Source: Escherchia phage Stokescottia. From it: a stretch of DNA of 64,000 nt. The translations under genes were made by a program, and so were the position numbers. The stretch lies in sequence record OR896820.1; one strand, given 5' to 3'. The notes beneath the pieces are model-generated. The model was given only the letters and a program-made list of their open reading frames with translations, did no database searches and had not been told where the DNA came from. Positions 36,478 to 46,496 of the stretch are shown in pieces; position 1 is the first letter of the stretch, and every line of letters starts with the position of its first letter.

Positions 36478-36883
36478 GTGGTATATCCTGGGAGCAGGTC
36501 TAGCGATAGGCATCGGGTTCGGTGCTTATCACCTAATAAATAAAGTGGAGACTTTGGCAGGAGATCTTGCGGTAGCTACTAAAAAGATCTCTTCTCTAGA
36601 GACTTCCCTTAACAAGGTGAAAGCTGAGAGTGAACTTCGTGAGACTCGTATGAATCAGTATTTCACAATGAATAATGTTTCCCAAGCAGATCTAGATAAG
36701 AAAATTAGTCAGCTTGATAAAGCACTTAGTCGTCAAGACATTATAGCTGCAAAGCCTAGATTGGTAACATTAATTGCTAAAAAGCAGAGTAAGGAGTTCG
36801 AGGAAAGATTAGCATGTTTAACTGGAAACTTGGAATACTGCTCGCAGCCGCAATCACAATCACAGGCTGTGCACAAGAAATAA
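36434..36883 (+). CDS. membrane-anchored coiled-coil protein (possible i-spanin)
   Basis: N-terminal TM helix then coiled coil; overlaps downstream lipoprotein gene. Confidence 0.4.
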   Translation: MDLIQKLLSGIWRGKWYILGAGLAIGIGFGAYHLINKVETLAGDLAVATKKISSLETSLNKVKAESELRETRMNQYFTMNNVSQADLDKKISQLDKALSRQDIIAAKPRLVTLIAKKQSKEFEERLACLTGNLEYCSQPQSQSQAVHKK

Positions 36884-37167
36884 AGACAGAATCTACACAT
36901 GAGCTACCAACAGCTCATGTAGACTGGCCCAAAGGACTTCAACCTTGTAGCTTTGACTTTAAGTTTGAAAAGAAATTAGCTACAAATGGAGAAGATGGCG
37001 TAGTAGTTGTTGTACCATATAAAGACTGGAATATGTTGGCAAAATGCCGTGAGGCAGAATATTCCTATATTTCACGACTGACTGGTATGGTTTGCTTCTA
37101 TCGCCAAGATTTACAAGAAAAACGTTGCTTAGTTTACTATCCACCAATTAACAATAGGAAAGATTAA
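36814..37167 (+). CDS. lipoprotein (possible o-spanin)
   Basis: Signal peptide with lipobox ITGC; overlapping arrangement with upstream TM protein. Confidence 0.4.
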   Translation: MFNWKLGILLAAAITITGCAQEIKTESTHELPTAHVDWPKGLQPCSFDFKFEKKLATNGEDGVVVVVPYKDWNMLAKCREAEYSYISRLTGMVCFYRQDLQEKRCLVYYPPINNRKD

Positions 37168-37919
37168 TGTCAGTATTAGTCGGTTTACATGGTGAAGCTG
37201 GTTCGGGAAAAGATACTGTTGCAAAATTAATTATCGATTGGTGTAATGACACGTATCCAACGTGTTTACCCCGTCGTTACAGTTTTGCTAAGCCCGTTTA
37301 TGAACTTGCATCCGTAATCCTCGGTGTAACTCCAGAGTTTCTAGGAGAGCGCAGGGGAAAAGAGGTTGACCAATGGTTTACAGTCACACAATCTCAATTG
37401 GAGCGAGCCAGAGATGTGTGGTTTAAGTACGGTATCGATAAGTTTGAAGACTTCTCGTACGTTTGGCCTATTTTTGAGGAAAAATATCTTAATCCTCAAC
37501 AACTTATCTCAGAGAATAAAGAAGACGGACTTTATAGTTTATTTATTTCTCCGAGAAAAATGTTACAGCTCGTAGGGACAGAGCTAGGAAGGCAGCTGGT
37601 GCATGAACGCATTTGGCTCATAATTCTGGAGCAATCCATCGCTAAAGACGACCCAGATGTCGCCGTAATAACAGATGTTAGATTCCCCAATGAAGGAGAG
37701 CTACTCAGAGAAACAAACCATTTAGATATGGATTCTTTGATAGTAAATGTAGTACCCGCTGAGCAGAAGTTCACTATTAAATCAGATCATCCATCTGAAA
37801 GTGGTATTCCTGCAAAATATATTACTCACGAATTAGTTAATAAATTCGATGGTATCAATAACCTTAAACTAGAAGTTTATAACTTCTGTGACTTAGAGCT
37901 AGAACCACTAGTTGGATAA
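37167..37919 (+). CDS. deoxynucleoside monophosphate kinase
   Basis: P-loop LHGEAGSGKDT at N-terminus; 250 aa. Confidence 0.65.
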   Translation: MSVLVGLHGEAGSGKDTVAKLIIDWCNDTYPTCLPRRYSFAKPVYELASVILGVTPEFLGERRGKEVDQWFTVTQSQLERARDVWFKYGIDKFEDFSYVWPIFEEKYLNPQQLISENKEDGLYSLFISPRKMLQLVGTELGRQLVHERIWLIILEQSIAKDDPDVAVITDVRFPNEGELLRETNHLDMDSLIVNVVPAEQKFTIKSDHPSESGIPAKYITHELVNKFDGINNLKLEVYNFCDLELEPLVG

Positions 37920-37931
37920 TCAAGGATCGCT

Positions 37932-38531
37932 ATGACTAATAAAAAAGAAGAAAAGACTAACCTGTTTCACTCCATTCGCCAATCTAACGAGTATACCTTT
38001 TTCTTTGATGAAGAATTAGGGCCGCCGGATGAATACCGTGATTTATCAATGGTACTTATGCAGGCAAATGAGGACGACGAAATTAATTTGATGATTAATG
38101 GCCCGGGTGGTTATGTTGATACTGCTGCACAGTTATCTAACTTAATTGCTAATTGCCGTGGAACAGTTATAGGACATCTGATTGGTCCTAGTGCTTCTGC
38201 TTACTGCACAATTTTCCTATCCTGTCATGGATGGGTAGTACATCCACATGCTACGCTAATGGGACACACGTTCTCTGGCGGGTTCTGTGAGAAAGGTCAA
38301 GAAATCAAGAAAGCCTATGAATCTTACAACAAGTTCGTAGAAGATATGATGCTAGATGTCTACTATCCATTCTTCTCAATAGATGAAATCGACGAGATGG
38401 TAAAAGACAACAAAAATATCTATCTAGATAGCAAAGAAATCCATAAGCGTATTGAAATCTTGGCAAAATATCGATCTGAGCAATATAATAAAGCCCAGTT
38501 ACCTCAATTCGAGGAGCACAACGAAGAGTAA
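37932..38531 (+). CDS. ClpP-like serine protease
   Basis: INGPGGYV and GPSASAY blocks resemble ClpP motifs. Confidence 0.5.
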   Translation: MTNKKEEKTNLFHSIRQSNEYTFFFDEELGPPDEYRDLSMVLMQANEDDEINLMINGPGGYVDTAAQLSNLIANCRGTVIGHLIGPSASAYCTIFLSCHGWVVHPHATLMGHTFSGGFCEKGQEIKKAYESYNKFVEDMMLDVYYPFFSIDEIDEMVKDNKNIYLDSKEIHKRIEILAKYRSEQYNKAQLPQFEEHNEE

Positions 38532-38540
38532 GTAGTTTTA

Positions 38541-38573
38541 AGCCAGGGTTTAACGACCCTGGCTTTTCTTTTA
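38541..38573 (+). terminator. rho-independent terminator
   Basis: AGCCAGGGT...ACCCTGGCT hairpin followed by T-run. Confidence 0.7.
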
Positions 38574-38634
38574 TCTAAAATTCTTCTTGACAACGACAAA
38601 ATTTTATGCTCCAGAAGTGATCTTTAAAAACACA

Positions 38635-38663
38635 TTGTAATTTTCCTCCAAAATTAGTATAAT
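38635..38663 (+). promoter_or_regulatory. sigma70-type promoter
   Basis: TTGTAA 38635-38640, TATAAT 38658-38663. Confidence 0.45.
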
Positions 38664-38687
38664 GGTACTGGTTAGAGGAGGTTACAA

Positions 38688-39344
38688 TTGGAAAAGTTCT
38701 TACAATTATTAACGGTACTGCTCCAAGAAGCGAAAGATCCAGCATCGCTTCTTAAACGTCTGCTAACTATCTTAGTTGCTGTCATTATTTTCTTATTTGT
38801 TAGTAATACTAGCGAGGTGATGTCATTCTTAAAGACTTTCTCCACGTCTGCGGTTCTACAGGATGTTCAAACTCAAAGGATAGATAACTTTCCTAATGTA
38901 GCTAGAGAGAAGAGCATGGTACTCTTTTCTCAAACGGGTGCGGATGCTGTTTTTGTCGTCAAGTATAAACCCGATGCCATTAATGATTATTCTAACATTA
39001 TTGCATGGGAAAGCAATGCGCAATTAGATAGGGCTGACTTGGCCGATAAAGCGGTAAATAAAACGTCTGAGCTATATAGACGTCACTTGGAAGGCTTTAA
39101 CTACGCATCGGATTTAAGTGTAAAAGTAAATAAATACATGGGGTTAAATATACCTGCGTTTAAGAACGTTACTTTTAATTACATATACACTTGTCCGTAT
39201 TTCAATCTAAACAATATCTATGCTGGATATATTGGTATTGCTTGGAAAGATAATCCTGTAGATGCAGCCGATTCTGAGAAATTTAACGAGTATTTAACAA
39301 AGCTCTGTTCCCCACAACAGAGATCTTTAGGTAGATCAATATGA
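38688..39344 (+). CDS. putative holin (membrane protein upstream of endolysin)
   Basis: N-terminal TM segment; start of the endolysin gene overlaps its stop. Confidence 0.45.
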   Translation: MEKFLQLLTVLLQEAKDPASLLKRLLTILVAVIIFLFVSNTSEVMSFLKTFSTSAVLQDVQTQRIDNFPNVAREKSMVLFSQTGADAVFVVKYKPDAINDYSNIIAWESNAQLDRADLADKAVNKTSELYRRHLEGFNYASDLSVKVNKYMGLNIPAFKNVTFNYIYTCPYFNLNNIYAGYIGIAWKDNPVDAADSEKFNEYLTKLCSPQQRSLGRSI

Positions 39345-39754
39345 GTTTTAAATTTGGTAAAAATAGCGAAAAACAATTAGCTACCGTTAAGCCAGAGCTA
39401 CAAAAAGTAGCTCGTAGAGCTTTAGAATTATCTCCGTATGATTTCACGATCGTACAGGGTATTCGTACAGTAGCACAAAGTGCCCAGAATATTGCTAATG
39501 GTACTTCATTTTTAAAAGATCCTAGTAAAAGCAAGCATATTACTGGGGATGCCCTTGATTTTGCTCCATACATTAATGGCAAAATTGATTGGAATGATTT
39601 AGAAGCATTTTGGGCAGTTAAAAAGGCTTTTGAACAAGCTGGTAAAGAACTGGGCATTAAACTTCGCTTTGGTGCTGATTGGAATGCTTCGGGAGATTAT
39701 CACGATGAAATAAAACGTGGTACCTATGATGGCGGTCATGTCGAACTAGTTTAA
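39341..39754 (+). CDS. endolysin, L-alanyl-D-glutamate peptidase (peptidase M15)
   Basis: 137 aa; H-x-x-G-x-A-x-D (SKHITGDALDF) and C-terminal GGHVE zinc-ligand pattern. Confidence 0.75.
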   Translation: MSFKFGKNSEKQLATVKPELQKVARRALELSPYDFTIVQGIRTVAQSAQNIANGTSFLKDPSKSKHITGDALDFAPYINGKIDWNDLEAFWAVKKAFEQAGKELGIKLRFGADWNASGDYHDEIKRGTYDGGHVELV

Positions 39755-39764
39755 TTAATAACTG

Positions 39765-39788
39765 AGGCGGGAATATTCCCGCCTTTTT
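39765..39788 (+). terminator. rho-independent terminator
   Basis: AGGCGGGA-ATAT-TCCCGCCT followed by T-run. Confidence 0.7.
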
Positions 39789-39831
39789 AGGCAAAGGGGG
39801 CTTTAATAATTTTTGAAGATAGGAGAAAGCC

Positions 39832-40221
39832 ATGTTTGCAGAACTATTCACTATGATGCTGCTAGGTATCTGGAAAATAAGTCTAGTAGTATTCGTTTTA
39901 ATGATAGTCTTTACTATCCTTGCATTAACTACCCGAAATAGCTTATTAATAAAGGTTATTCACGGACTAGAGTATATAATTATGGGTTCATTCGGCGTTT
40001 GTAAATGCAATTGCCATAGAGATACGAAATATTGTTGGTTATGGATGGAACTAGAGAATCCTATATCCATAGCTTTGGCTGTTTCATTCGGTATGATTCT
40101 TATGGCCCTTACTCTAGCATTAATACCTTTGATGTTAGCTGGGGGAGTTACAGCGTATTTCACCCCTTTTCTCCCCGATACTTATGTACTCAATTTACCC
40201 AATAACTATGTATCTAGTTAG
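39832..40221 (+). CDS. integral membrane protein
   Basis: Multiple hydrophobic helices. Confidence 0.5.
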   Translation: MFAELFTMMLLGIWKISLVVFVLMIVFTILALTTRNSLLIKVIHGLEYIIMGSFGVCKCNCHRDTKYCWLWMELENPISIALAVSFGMILMALTLALIPLMLAGGVTAYFTPFLPDTYVLNLPNNYVSS

Positions 40222-40263
40222 GAAAAGATTTATACATGTAGTAGATTAAGATAAAAAAGTAGT

Positions 40264-40292
40264 TGACTTTTAGTCCTAGTTATTATATAATA
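40264..40292 (+). promoter_or_regulatory. sigma70-type early promoter
   Basis: TTGACT 40264-40269, TATAAT 40287-40292. Confidence 0.55.
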
Positions 40293-40324
40293 TATACATA
40301 AATTAGTTAAGAGAGGTATATATT

Positions 40325-40756
40325 ATGTCTGATCGTTTCTATACTCAAATGGCGGAACATTTTCGTATACCACATTACGAGCTAAACATTGCACTCCGTG
40401 ATCATGACTCTCCTGAGTACAAAAAGCTCGAAAAGAAAGCGGAAAAATCTATTGATACAAAGGTAGGTGCATCTATGTCTAAGGGCAAAAAGTTAACTCG
40501 TCTTGATCTTAATAAAATTTTAACTGAACTTTTGGGTACTGATATTGAAGGTGCTAAATTACCACTTCTTGTACTAGAGACTATGATTAAAAAGGTCAAA
40601 AATAAAGAGTATAAAAAGGTAGAAGTCCCAGAAGGCAGATTAAAAGCTCCTTATCAGGAAGCATTAACCGAGTGTTTGGGTGTAAATCTTGATCTAAGCA
40701 CTGCAACCGTAAAAACTATGAGAAACTTCTTAGAGGCCATTAATAACTATGAGTAA
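40325..40756 (+). CDS. hypothetical protein
   Basis: ORF track. Confidence 0.5.
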   Translation: MSDRFYTQMAEHFRIPHYELNIALRDHDSPEYKKLEKKAEKSIDTKVGASMSKGKKLTRLDLNKILTELLGTDIEGAKLPLLVLETMIKKVKNKEYKKVEVPEGRLKAPYQEALTECLGVNLDLSTATVKTMRNFLEAINNYE

Positions 40757-41039
40757 ATTAGTATATCTATTGAAAGGTTCCACTTGCAATCCTTGCAAAA
40801 TGTTTGAGCCAGTATTTGATAAAGTAGTCAATGACTATAATTTGGAAATCCATAAAGAGACTGATAATACAGAATTAATGCAGAAATTTGGTGTGCGCCA
40901 AGTTCCTGTAGTAGTTCTGGCGGATCGCTTACCTAATGGTCGAGTAGAAGCTAATCATATTCTGATTGGACGTCAGCTTCGTAAAGAAACTATGCACGAA
41001 GCTATTAAAAATTTCCTGGATGATAATCCAGAGGACTAA
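40749..41039 (+). CDS. thioredoxin/glutaredoxin-like protein
   Basis: CxxC redox motif (CNPC) near N-terminus; 96 aa. Confidence 0.6.
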   Translation: MSKLVYLLKGSTCNPCKMFEPVFDKVVNDYNLEIHKETDNTELMQKFGVRQVPVVVLADRLPNGRVEANHILIGRQLRKETMHEAIKNFLDDNPED

Positions 41040-41045
41040 TAAACA

Positions 41046-41078
41046 AAGCCTGATCTTAGCTGATCAGGCTTTTATTTT
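41046..41078 (+). terminator. rho-independent terminator
   Basis: AAGCCTGATC...GATCAGGCTT hairpin followed by T-run. Confidence 0.7.
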
Positions 41079-41080
41079 AC

Positions 41081-41109
41081 TTGCTTTTTGCTAAAAATTT
41101 TGGTATAAT
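41081..41109 (+). promoter_or_regulatory. sigma70-type early promoter
   Basis: TTGCTT 41081-41086, TATAAT 41104-41109. Confidence 0.6.
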
Positions 41110-41218
41110 ACTTATATAAATTGATGAGAGACATTAATATGATTATGTCACATATCTTTGTATGGATTTTAGTCATATTAATGGCTTTCTTTGTCCTTCA
41201 AGAAATAGGAGTATTACG

Positions 41219-41596
41219 ATGAACTATGCATATCTTATTATTAATAATAATGTAGTTTGTGGTACTCGCGCCGTTGAGATGGGTATTACAGAAGAAAAGT
41301 ATAAGTCACTTCCAGAAAAGGAACAACAATATTATGTTGAAGAAGCTGCTTGGGAATATGCTGATGTTTATCCCGAACAACGTGAAGATCGCATTACTAT
41401 TGTTGTTTCTTTGGGGTTGGTTGGCTGTGATACCGAAGTTGATACAGACCTAGAGACTTTAGAAGAATGGGGAGAATTAGACATTTTAGCTAAAAACTCT
41501 TTAATCCGTGAGGCTTTTTGGGAAGCAGTTGACTGCCATGTTGTCTTTGAGCCTAACGATGAGGAAGCTGAGAAGCATACTAATCACTGGAGATAA
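41219..41596 (+). CDS. acidic hypothetical protein
   Basis: ATG at 41219 inside ORF 41162..41596. Confidence 0.5.
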   Translation: MNYAYLIINNNVVCGTRAVEMGITEEKYKSLPEKEQQYYVEEAAWEYADVYPEQREDRITIVVSLGLVGCDTEVDTDLETLEEWGELDILAKNSLIREAFWEAVDCHVVFEPNDEEAEKHTNHWR

Positions 41597-41600
41597 TTAA

Positions 41601-41846
41601 ATGTTAGCAGAACAAGCAAAACGTTTAACCAGAATAAATAGAGCTGCACTTCTTAAGAGCAGAAAGAAATCATATAAGTATGTTAAAAAGAGAATAGTTT
41701 CTTCTGTGGAGATTGGGGGTTCTTTTGTACAGTTTAATCGTGATGAAATTAGTTATGAAGCTATAAAAGCCCTCTATAAAGAGGGTTATACTCTCCAACT
41801 ATCTAATGATTATGGCACAACTATTTTAACTGTTATTTGGGAATAA
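41601..41846 (+). CDS. hypothetical protein
   Basis: ORF track. Confidence 0.45.
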   Translation: MLAEQAKRLTRINRAALLKSRKKSYKYVKKRIVSSVEIGGSFVQFNRDEISYEAIKALYKEGYTLQLSNDYGTTILTVIWE

Positions 41847-41848
41847 TT

Positions 41849-42712
41849 ATGAAAAAAGAATTTAATGTACATAAAACTCTAGTAGTGCCTGATGACGCCA
41901 ACTTATTTTTCGTTGGTGATATTCATGGATGCAATGATTTGCTAGAAGATGCGTTGAAATTAGCGGGGTATAATGGCAAAAAAGATTGCTTAGTATGTGT
42001 TGGTGACTTAATTGACCGAGGCACACAAAACCTACAAGTTTTAGCCAAATTCCTGTATAATCCACATTTTATCAGTGTCCGTGGTAATCATGACCAATTT
42101 ATGATTGCAGGAGATTGGGCTAATTGGATGTATAACGGTGGTATGTGGGCTATGGATGAGCTGGATGCAGACACCATTAAAAATATTGCCGAAGATATGG
42201 CTGAAAAAATGCCAGTATTCCTAACTGTTAGACATCGTGGTAAGAAGTATGGTGTTGTTCACGGTGGCGTACCTTTTACGTACAAAGAATGTGGTAATGA
42301 AGTAGAAACCCCCATATGGGATAATCTTATTGCACAAGTAGAAGCAGCTAAGGAAGACCCACATGACCATCCTGGATACCATATTGAACCATATTTATGG
42401 GATCGAGATGTAATCCAAGAAATAGGCTTCTACTTGTCCAAAAATGGTGAAGAACACCCGTATTTCCAGCGTTACGCAGGATTTAAAGAAAAATACACGG
42501 TAGAAGTACCAGAAGTTAAAGGTGTAGATTTCGTGTTTCACGGACATACTGGAGTTCCTTACCCACTTCTTTATAAAAACCGTGTTTATCTGGATACTGG
42601 CGGTGTTTTCAACGGGCAGTTGACGGTTGCGCAAGTTAATGATGAAACGGGTAAAATCACCACATTTACTACACTCCGGGAAGATAGCTGTGGTGTACAG
42701 AGGGTTCTTTAA
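41849..42712 (+). CDS. Ser/Thr protein phosphatase-like metallophosphoesterase
   Basis: GDIHG, GDLIDRG, GNHD and HGH blocks of calcineurin-like phosphoesterases. Confidence 0.7.
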   Translation: MKKEFNVHKTLVVPDDANLFFVGDIHGCNDLLEDALKLAGYNGKKDCLVCVGDLIDRGTQNLQVLAKFLYNPHFISVRGNHDQFMIAGDWANWMYNGGMWAMDELDADTIKNIAEDMAEKMPVFLTVRHRGKKYGVVHGGVPFTYKECGNEVETPIWDNLIAQVEAAKEDPHDHPGYHIEPYLWDRDVIQEIGFYLSKNGEEHPYFQRYAGFKEKYTVEVPEVKGVDFVFHGHTGVPYPLLYKNRVYLDTGGVFNGQLTVAQVNDETGKITTFTTLREDSCGVQRVL

Positions 42713-43233
42713 TGAAAGTTCGCTTTTGGAGTGATCTCCACTTGGGGCATGCAAATATTACTAAATTCAGACCAATCTTCTCTACTATGGAAGAGCATGA
42801 CGAATTTATTATGGATACTATTACATCCGTGAAAGATAAGCGTACAGTATTCTATATTTTAGGAGACGCATTTGTATCTAGAAATGGTTTGGAGAAGTTC
42901 GAAAAACTCTTTGGCAATGTTAGAACTACGTTAGTTTTGGGAAACCACGACTTAGAACGAGAAGGATTATCTTTCAAAGACTTAATAGGGATTGTAGATA
43001 ATGTACAATCACTAGTTAAGTATAAAAACTTCTGGCTTTCCCATGCTCCAATACACCATGGGGAGCTGAGAGGTAAGAAGAACTTACATGGGCATACTCA
43101 CTTTGAGCTAATGGGGGATCCTCGTTATATTAACGTTTGTGTCGAGTATGCAAAATCACCAGTACGTCTGGAAGACATCATGAGTGGTAAGTATATCTCA
43201 CATGATAAAACTAGCTGGATGTTAAATGTCTGA
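42712..43233 (+). CDS. metallophosphoesterase
   Basis: SDLHLGH, GDAF, LGNHD, HGHTH motifs. Confidence 0.6.
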   Translation: MKVRFWSDLHLGHANITKFRPIFSTMEEHDEFIMDTITSVKDKRTVFYILGDAFVSRNGLEKFEKLFGNVRTTLVLGNHDLEREGLSFKDLIGIVDNVQSLVKYKNFWLSHAPIHHGELRGKKNLHGHTHFELMGDPRYINVCVEYAKSPVRLEDIMSGKYISHDKTSWMLNV

Positions 43234-43341
43234 GTATATAGCTGAGGCTATTATTAAACGAATCATACAAGCGATAGCAATACTTACAATCATTTGTATT
43301 GCTATTGGCACAGGATTAGGCATTTTAATTAAAAGTTTTAT

Positions 43342-43370
43342 TTGCTAAAATGCTTAAGTTTCTGTATAAT
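43342..43370 (+). promoter_or_regulatory. sigma70-type early promoter
   Basis: TTGCTA 43342-43347, TATAAT 43365-43370. Confidence 0.6.
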
Positions 43371-43400
43371 TACTTTATAAATTGATGAGAAGGAATCAAA

Positions 43401-43832
43401 ATGAACAAAGTTGATAAAGCTCTAGTTTTCGCAGCAGCAGATAAGTTTGAACAAGTTAAGGCAACTTTCCGAACCTTGTTCCAGTCTTACGTTCAAGATA
43501 AGTCTAATCCTATCTCTGAACGTTTGATGGTCTGGGAGTGTCATGCTTGCAATGCCCTATTAATTGCGGATTATCGTAGTGATATAGATAAAGATCTGTG
43601 CGAAATTCTTATCGCTGAGGAGGCAGAACGTTATCAGTTAATCTCTTTCCAAGATTTGGCGGAGCATATCATTCCTGATGATCTTTGGGATAAATACTAT
43701 GGTGATCCTGAAGATGAAGGAATGACTCCAGAAGCCTGTATTGAGCTAATCTGCAAAAATCATCCTGAAATTGCAGAGAAATTTGAAAAAGTTTTTGCTT
43801 CTGAGTTCTCCGGAGTTGTTAACGATTGGTAA
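43401..43832 (+). CDS. hypothetical protein
   Basis: ORF track. Confidence 0.5.
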   Translation: MNKVDKALVFAAADKFEQVKATFRTLFQSYVQDKSNPISERLMVWECHACNALLIADYRSDIDKDLCEILIAEEAERYQLISFQDLAEHIIPDDLWDKYYGDPEDEGMTPEACIELICKNHPEIAEKFEKVFASEFSGVVNDW

Positions 43833-43850
43833 GTAATTAAAAAAATTCAG

Positions 43851-43879
43851 TTGCTTTAAGCCTTAAAATTCTGTATAAT
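43851..43879 (+). promoter_or_regulatory. sigma70-type early promoter
   Basis: TTGCTT 43851-43856, TATAAT 43874-43879. Confidence 0.6.
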
Positions 43880-43911
43880 AAGTTCATAAATTAATGAGAG
43901 AGGAAATTCTA

Positions 43912-44163
43912 ATGGAAAACATGACTAAAAACGAAATGGCTAACGTTCTGGCAATTCTCCTCGACATGCAGGGTTTTGAGGGTCAGCTCATGAAGATGTC
44001 TATTCCGGCGATGAAAAAGATGTATGATTCTCTGAATAAGAATGCTATGGCGTTCAACCTTGCAAAACAGGAAGCACGTTTTGCTAAAGAGCATCAAGCG
44101 ACTGCCGAACGTCGTGCAGCATCTTTTGAGCGTGAAGTTAAGCAACTGAAAGGTAAGAAATAA
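43912..44163 (+). CDS. hypothetical protein
   Basis: ATG at 43912 after promoter. Confidence 0.5.
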   Translation: MENMTKNEMANVLAILLDMQGFEGQLMKMSIPAMKKMYDSLNKNAMAFNLAKQEARFAKEHQATAERRAASFEREVKQLKGKK

Positions 44164-44326
44164 TGGAAAGGGTATCAATTTCAATACTGTCATTCCTTAT
44201 AGGAATACTAATATATAATATAGTTGCTCTTAATGTACACTTAACTGAGGTAGACAAATCTCTCCATGAGTTAAATGTAGAAATGTGTAAATTAGTCCCG
44301 GATAACGAAAAATGTAGGGGTATTTA

Positions 44327-44608
44327 ATGTTAATTGAAATTCTTATTGGATTGTTAGTGCTTATGACACTAGCAGCGATTGGCGGGGTTATTGGTATTGT
44401 AAGCATGCGAAAAAATATAGAGAGTATGCTTACTACTAATAGTGGACTTCACTGCCGCTTAATAGAACAAGAACAAGATATTGAGCTAGCACAAAGACGT
44501 TCAGATATTCTAAAAGAAAAACTAAACAATATTGAAGCAATAGCTGGGAATACAAAATTACCTAATAAAGTAATGCGTGCACAGATAATTACGGAGATTA
44601 AAAAATGA
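44327..44608 (+). CDS. membrane-anchored protein
   Basis: N-terminal TM helix. Confidence 0.45.
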   Translation: MLIEILIGLLVLMTLAAIGGVIGIVSMRKNIESMLTTNSGLHCRLIEQEQDIELAQRRSDILKEKLNNIEAIAGNTKLPNKVMRAQIITEIKK

Positions 44609-44850
44609 TGATGTTTATTCTAGCGTTTTATCTAATTGTGGTTGGTGTACTGGTTACTAAGTATCACACATGGGCACCAAAGAATGTTGTTAAGGTAGCT
44701 TTATTTGTTATTCCAGTTCCACTTATTATCTTTTCTATGCTACTGGTGATGTTAGTTGGTAAAGTAACAAAAACCGATATTAAACGTATTGCTGATGAAT
44801 TGCAACAGTCTTGTGATATGGTAGAGGATATTCTTAAAGATGAAGCTTAA
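44605..44850 (+). CDS. membrane protein
   Basis: Two hydrophobic segments. Confidence 0.45.
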   Translation: MMMFILAFYLIVVGVLVTKYHTWAPKNVVKVALFVIPVPLIIFSMLLVMLVGKVTKTDIKRIADELQQSCDMVEDILKDEA

Positions 44851-45166
44851 TTTTAATGAATTAAATACCTTACATGAGATATTACAGTTTGTGAATAATA
44901 ATATTAGTATTCCAGATGATACATTAGAAGTTCTCATGTTAATCGAGAAAAAGGTAGGGATTGAAATTGAGGATTCCTGGAAACCACTTTCTGTATTAAC
45001 ACCTCTTAATATGAAAGTGATAGTTAAAAATATCGATACTGGTGAAGAATGTAAGATGATTCGTAAAGAACTAGCGGATAGTTATTCACCAAAGTCTGTA
45101 GTAATGTATCATAATGACACACCTAAGATCCTACAGACAGCTAATTACGTATGGCGTCTCCCATGA
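44840..45166 (+). CDS. hypothetical protein
   Basis: ORF track. Confidence 0.45.
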   Translation: MKLNFNELNTLHEILQFVNNNISIPDDTLEVLMLIEKKVGIEIEDSWKPLSVLTPLNMKVIVKNIDTGEECKMIRKELADSYSPKSVVMYHNDTPKILQTANYVWRLP

Positions 45167-45265
45167 TTGATTTAGTACCAATTACTGCGGGGCTAGTAGC
45201 ACTATTAGTGCTTGCAGTTTTTATTATTGTGGAGCAGGCCAAAGTAATAAGGAGACTTAAAAACA

Positions 45266-45466
45266 ATGATAAAACGTCTTGTTTATCAGGCACCAAAGAT
45301 TGTAACTGAGTATTTTGTATTACTGCCTCAGATTGTATTTCTAACAGCATTATTTAATATACTTTTTCGACATCTAGGAATAACGGAAAATATCTTCTAC
45401 ACTTCTGGACTACTTCCTTTTATGTACGAAGGCATCATCGTGGCAATTAACGGAGTTCGTAAATGA
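45266..45466 (+). CDS. membrane protein
   Basis: ORF track. Confidence 0.4.
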   Translation: MIKRLVYQAPKIVTEYFVLLPQIVFLTALFNILFRHLGITENIFYTSGLLPFMYEGIIVAINGVRK

Positions 45467-45924
45467 CAGCACTACAACAACTACAGAATTACTGGTTTGA
45501 TAACCAATTTAACGATCTCTTCATCCAGTTGTTTGTCGAAACGAACGGACGCTTCAACTACCGATTCTTTAATAAGTTTCACGAAACAAAATTCTCGCAT
45601 ACAGAAATTAACGCAGCGATCCAAGACCTAACTGGTTCTAAAGTAGTTCAATATCGTGAAGTAGACTTTACACCAGATTGTTTTGGGTTTGAATTGTTTA
45701 AGAAAGCATATAAATTTGGTAAGTTTGAGGATGCTCGTCAATGGGTTCATGATTTCTGGTACAACACTGATATTGTTCCTAGTCGTGTACTGATTCTTAA
45801 CTGGATTGCTAAACAACATCCACCTAAAGCTCAATCGTCCTTCTTACCAACTGACACAGGAAACCTCTACCATGACAGAAAAGAAAAATCCATTGCTGGA
45901 GCAGATGAAGGAATGGGAGAGTAA
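45463..45924 (+). CDS. hypothetical protein
   Basis: ORF track. Confidence 0.5.
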   Translation: MTALQQLQNYWFDNQFNDLFIQLFVETNGRFNYRFFNKFHETKFSHTEINAAIQDLTGSKVVQYREVDFTPDCFGFELFKKAYKFGKFEDARQWVHDFWYNTDIVPSRVLILNWIAKQHPPKAQSSFLPTDTGNLYHDRKEKSIAGADEGMGE

Positions 45925-46243
45925 TATTGAATCTGGTCTAGTAGACGGAGAAGATATTGTTAACTCCATGTTAGAAGTAACAATAGATAATATTGATCCC
46001 ATCTTAGCTAGTGAAACCTCAGATCTTATAGGACTTTCTATTGCGTTCGATTCTTTGGCTAAATTAGCTTTAGATGATGAAGAGATAACCAAAGAAGATC
46101 TCGCCTCAGCTATGAATATGGCTATTAACGCTTACATTGGCAAACGTACCGATGAACTCGACAAACAAATCAAAAAGCGTGATACAACGTTAAATCTTAT
46201 GGAAACGGCCACTATGTTAAGAAGTGGTAAACAACTTCATTAA
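45872..46243 (+). CDS. hypothetical protein
   Basis: ATG at 45872 within ORF 45806..46243 (which begins at a TTG). Confidence 0.45.
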   Translation: MTEKKNPLLEQMKEWESNIESGLVDGEDIVNSMLEVTIDNIDPILASETSDLIGLSIAFDSLAKLALDDEEITKEDLASAMNMAINAYIGKRTDELDKQIKKRDTTLNLMETATMLRSGKQLH

Positions 46244-46249
46244 TTCTAG

Positions 46250-46283
46250 AGGCCAGGGCTTAATTGTTCTGGCCTTTTGTGTT
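46250..46283 (+). terminator. rho-independent terminator
   Basis: AGGCCAG...CTGGCCT hairpin followed by TTTT. Confidence 0.6.
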
Positions 46284-46495
46284 TCAAGGAATATAATATG
46301 AAAGCACTAGATAATTACTTAAAGGCTAAATATAGTCCTACAGAAGATCAATCTGCTGTAACTTGTGAAATAAGTCGAAATAATACAGTACGATTGGCTC
46401 AAAAAGGCGGAGGAACATCTGCCAGTATTATTTGGCTATCAGAAGAACAAGCAAAAGACTTGTACCATAAACTAGACAAGTTATTTAACAAGTAG
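46277..46495 (+). CDS. hypothetical protein
   Basis: ORF track. Confidence 0.45.
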   Translation: MCFKEYNMKALDNYLKAKYSPTEDQSAVTCEISRNNTVRLAQKGGGTSASIIWLSEEQAKDLYHKLDKLFNK

Positions 46496-46496
46496 T